Assembly: GCA_950097015.1 (NCBI GenBank)
Contig: CATNEN010000003.1
Coordinates: 1,674,001-1,738,000 of the forward strand
DNA: 64,000 nt
Direction of reading: 5' to 3'
Source of the DNA: Macrostomum hystrix
Lineage: Eukaryota > Animalia > Platyhelminthes
Positions 63,704-64,000 of this stretch are shown here, in pieces. Positions within the stretch are counted from its first letter, which is position 1; each line of letters starts with the position of its first letter. Below the pieces are notes generated by a model. That model searched no databases. It saw nothing but the letters and a program-made list of their open reading frames with translations, and was not told the DNA's origin. Both the position numbers and the translations under genes were made by a program.

Positions 63704-64000
63704 CATTCACCAACTATCTACTCACCCATTCACCAACTATCTACTCACCCATTCACCAACTATCTACTCACCCATTCACCAACTATCTACTCACCCATTC
63801 ACCAACTATCTACTCACCCATTCACCAACTATCTACTCACCCATTCACCAACTATCTACTCACCCATTCACCAACTATCTACTCACTCATTCACCAACTA
63901 TCTACTCACCCATTCACCAACTATCTACTCACCCATTCACCAACTATCTACTCACCCATTCACCAACATGTCTACCCACTCATTCACCAACTATCTACTC
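63704..64000. repeat. 23-bp minisatellite (CATTCACCAACTATCTACTCACC)n
   Basis: Tandem units running to the window end. Confidence 0.92.

Overview
Eukaryotic, intron-rich animal DNA. Introns packed with 16-30 bp minisatellites and tRNA-derived SINEs resemble the flatworm Macrostomum lignano; the species is my inference from style, not a search. Exons were assembled by hand from GT-AG sites with consistent phases. Genes in order: (1) the 3' 12 exons of a phospholipase D1/2-like gene whose two HKD catalytic motifs are both mutated (probable pseudoenzyme); (2) a SHOX-like Q50 paired-class homeobox gene; (3) a convergent NACHT/STAND NTPase gene with a poly-Q/H tract and LRR-like tail (NLR-like); (4) UBE2E; (5) BBS5; (6) a divergent Ser/Thr kinase; (7) an inverted ~1.08 kb duplication carrying two intronless genes for a small secreted prepro-peptide; (8) the 3' part of KCNQ1. 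The spacer between the two duplicated arms holds mariner, Crypton-like and RTE-LINE remnants. The best novelty candidate is the peptide pair: signal peptide, acidic pro-piece, then an Arg-rich amphipathic peptide ending Gly-Lys. This looks like an antimicrobial-peptide family, and every coding difference between the copies is amino-acid changing. Next are the doubly catalytic-dead PLD and several cases where repeats overlap or bracket splice signals.
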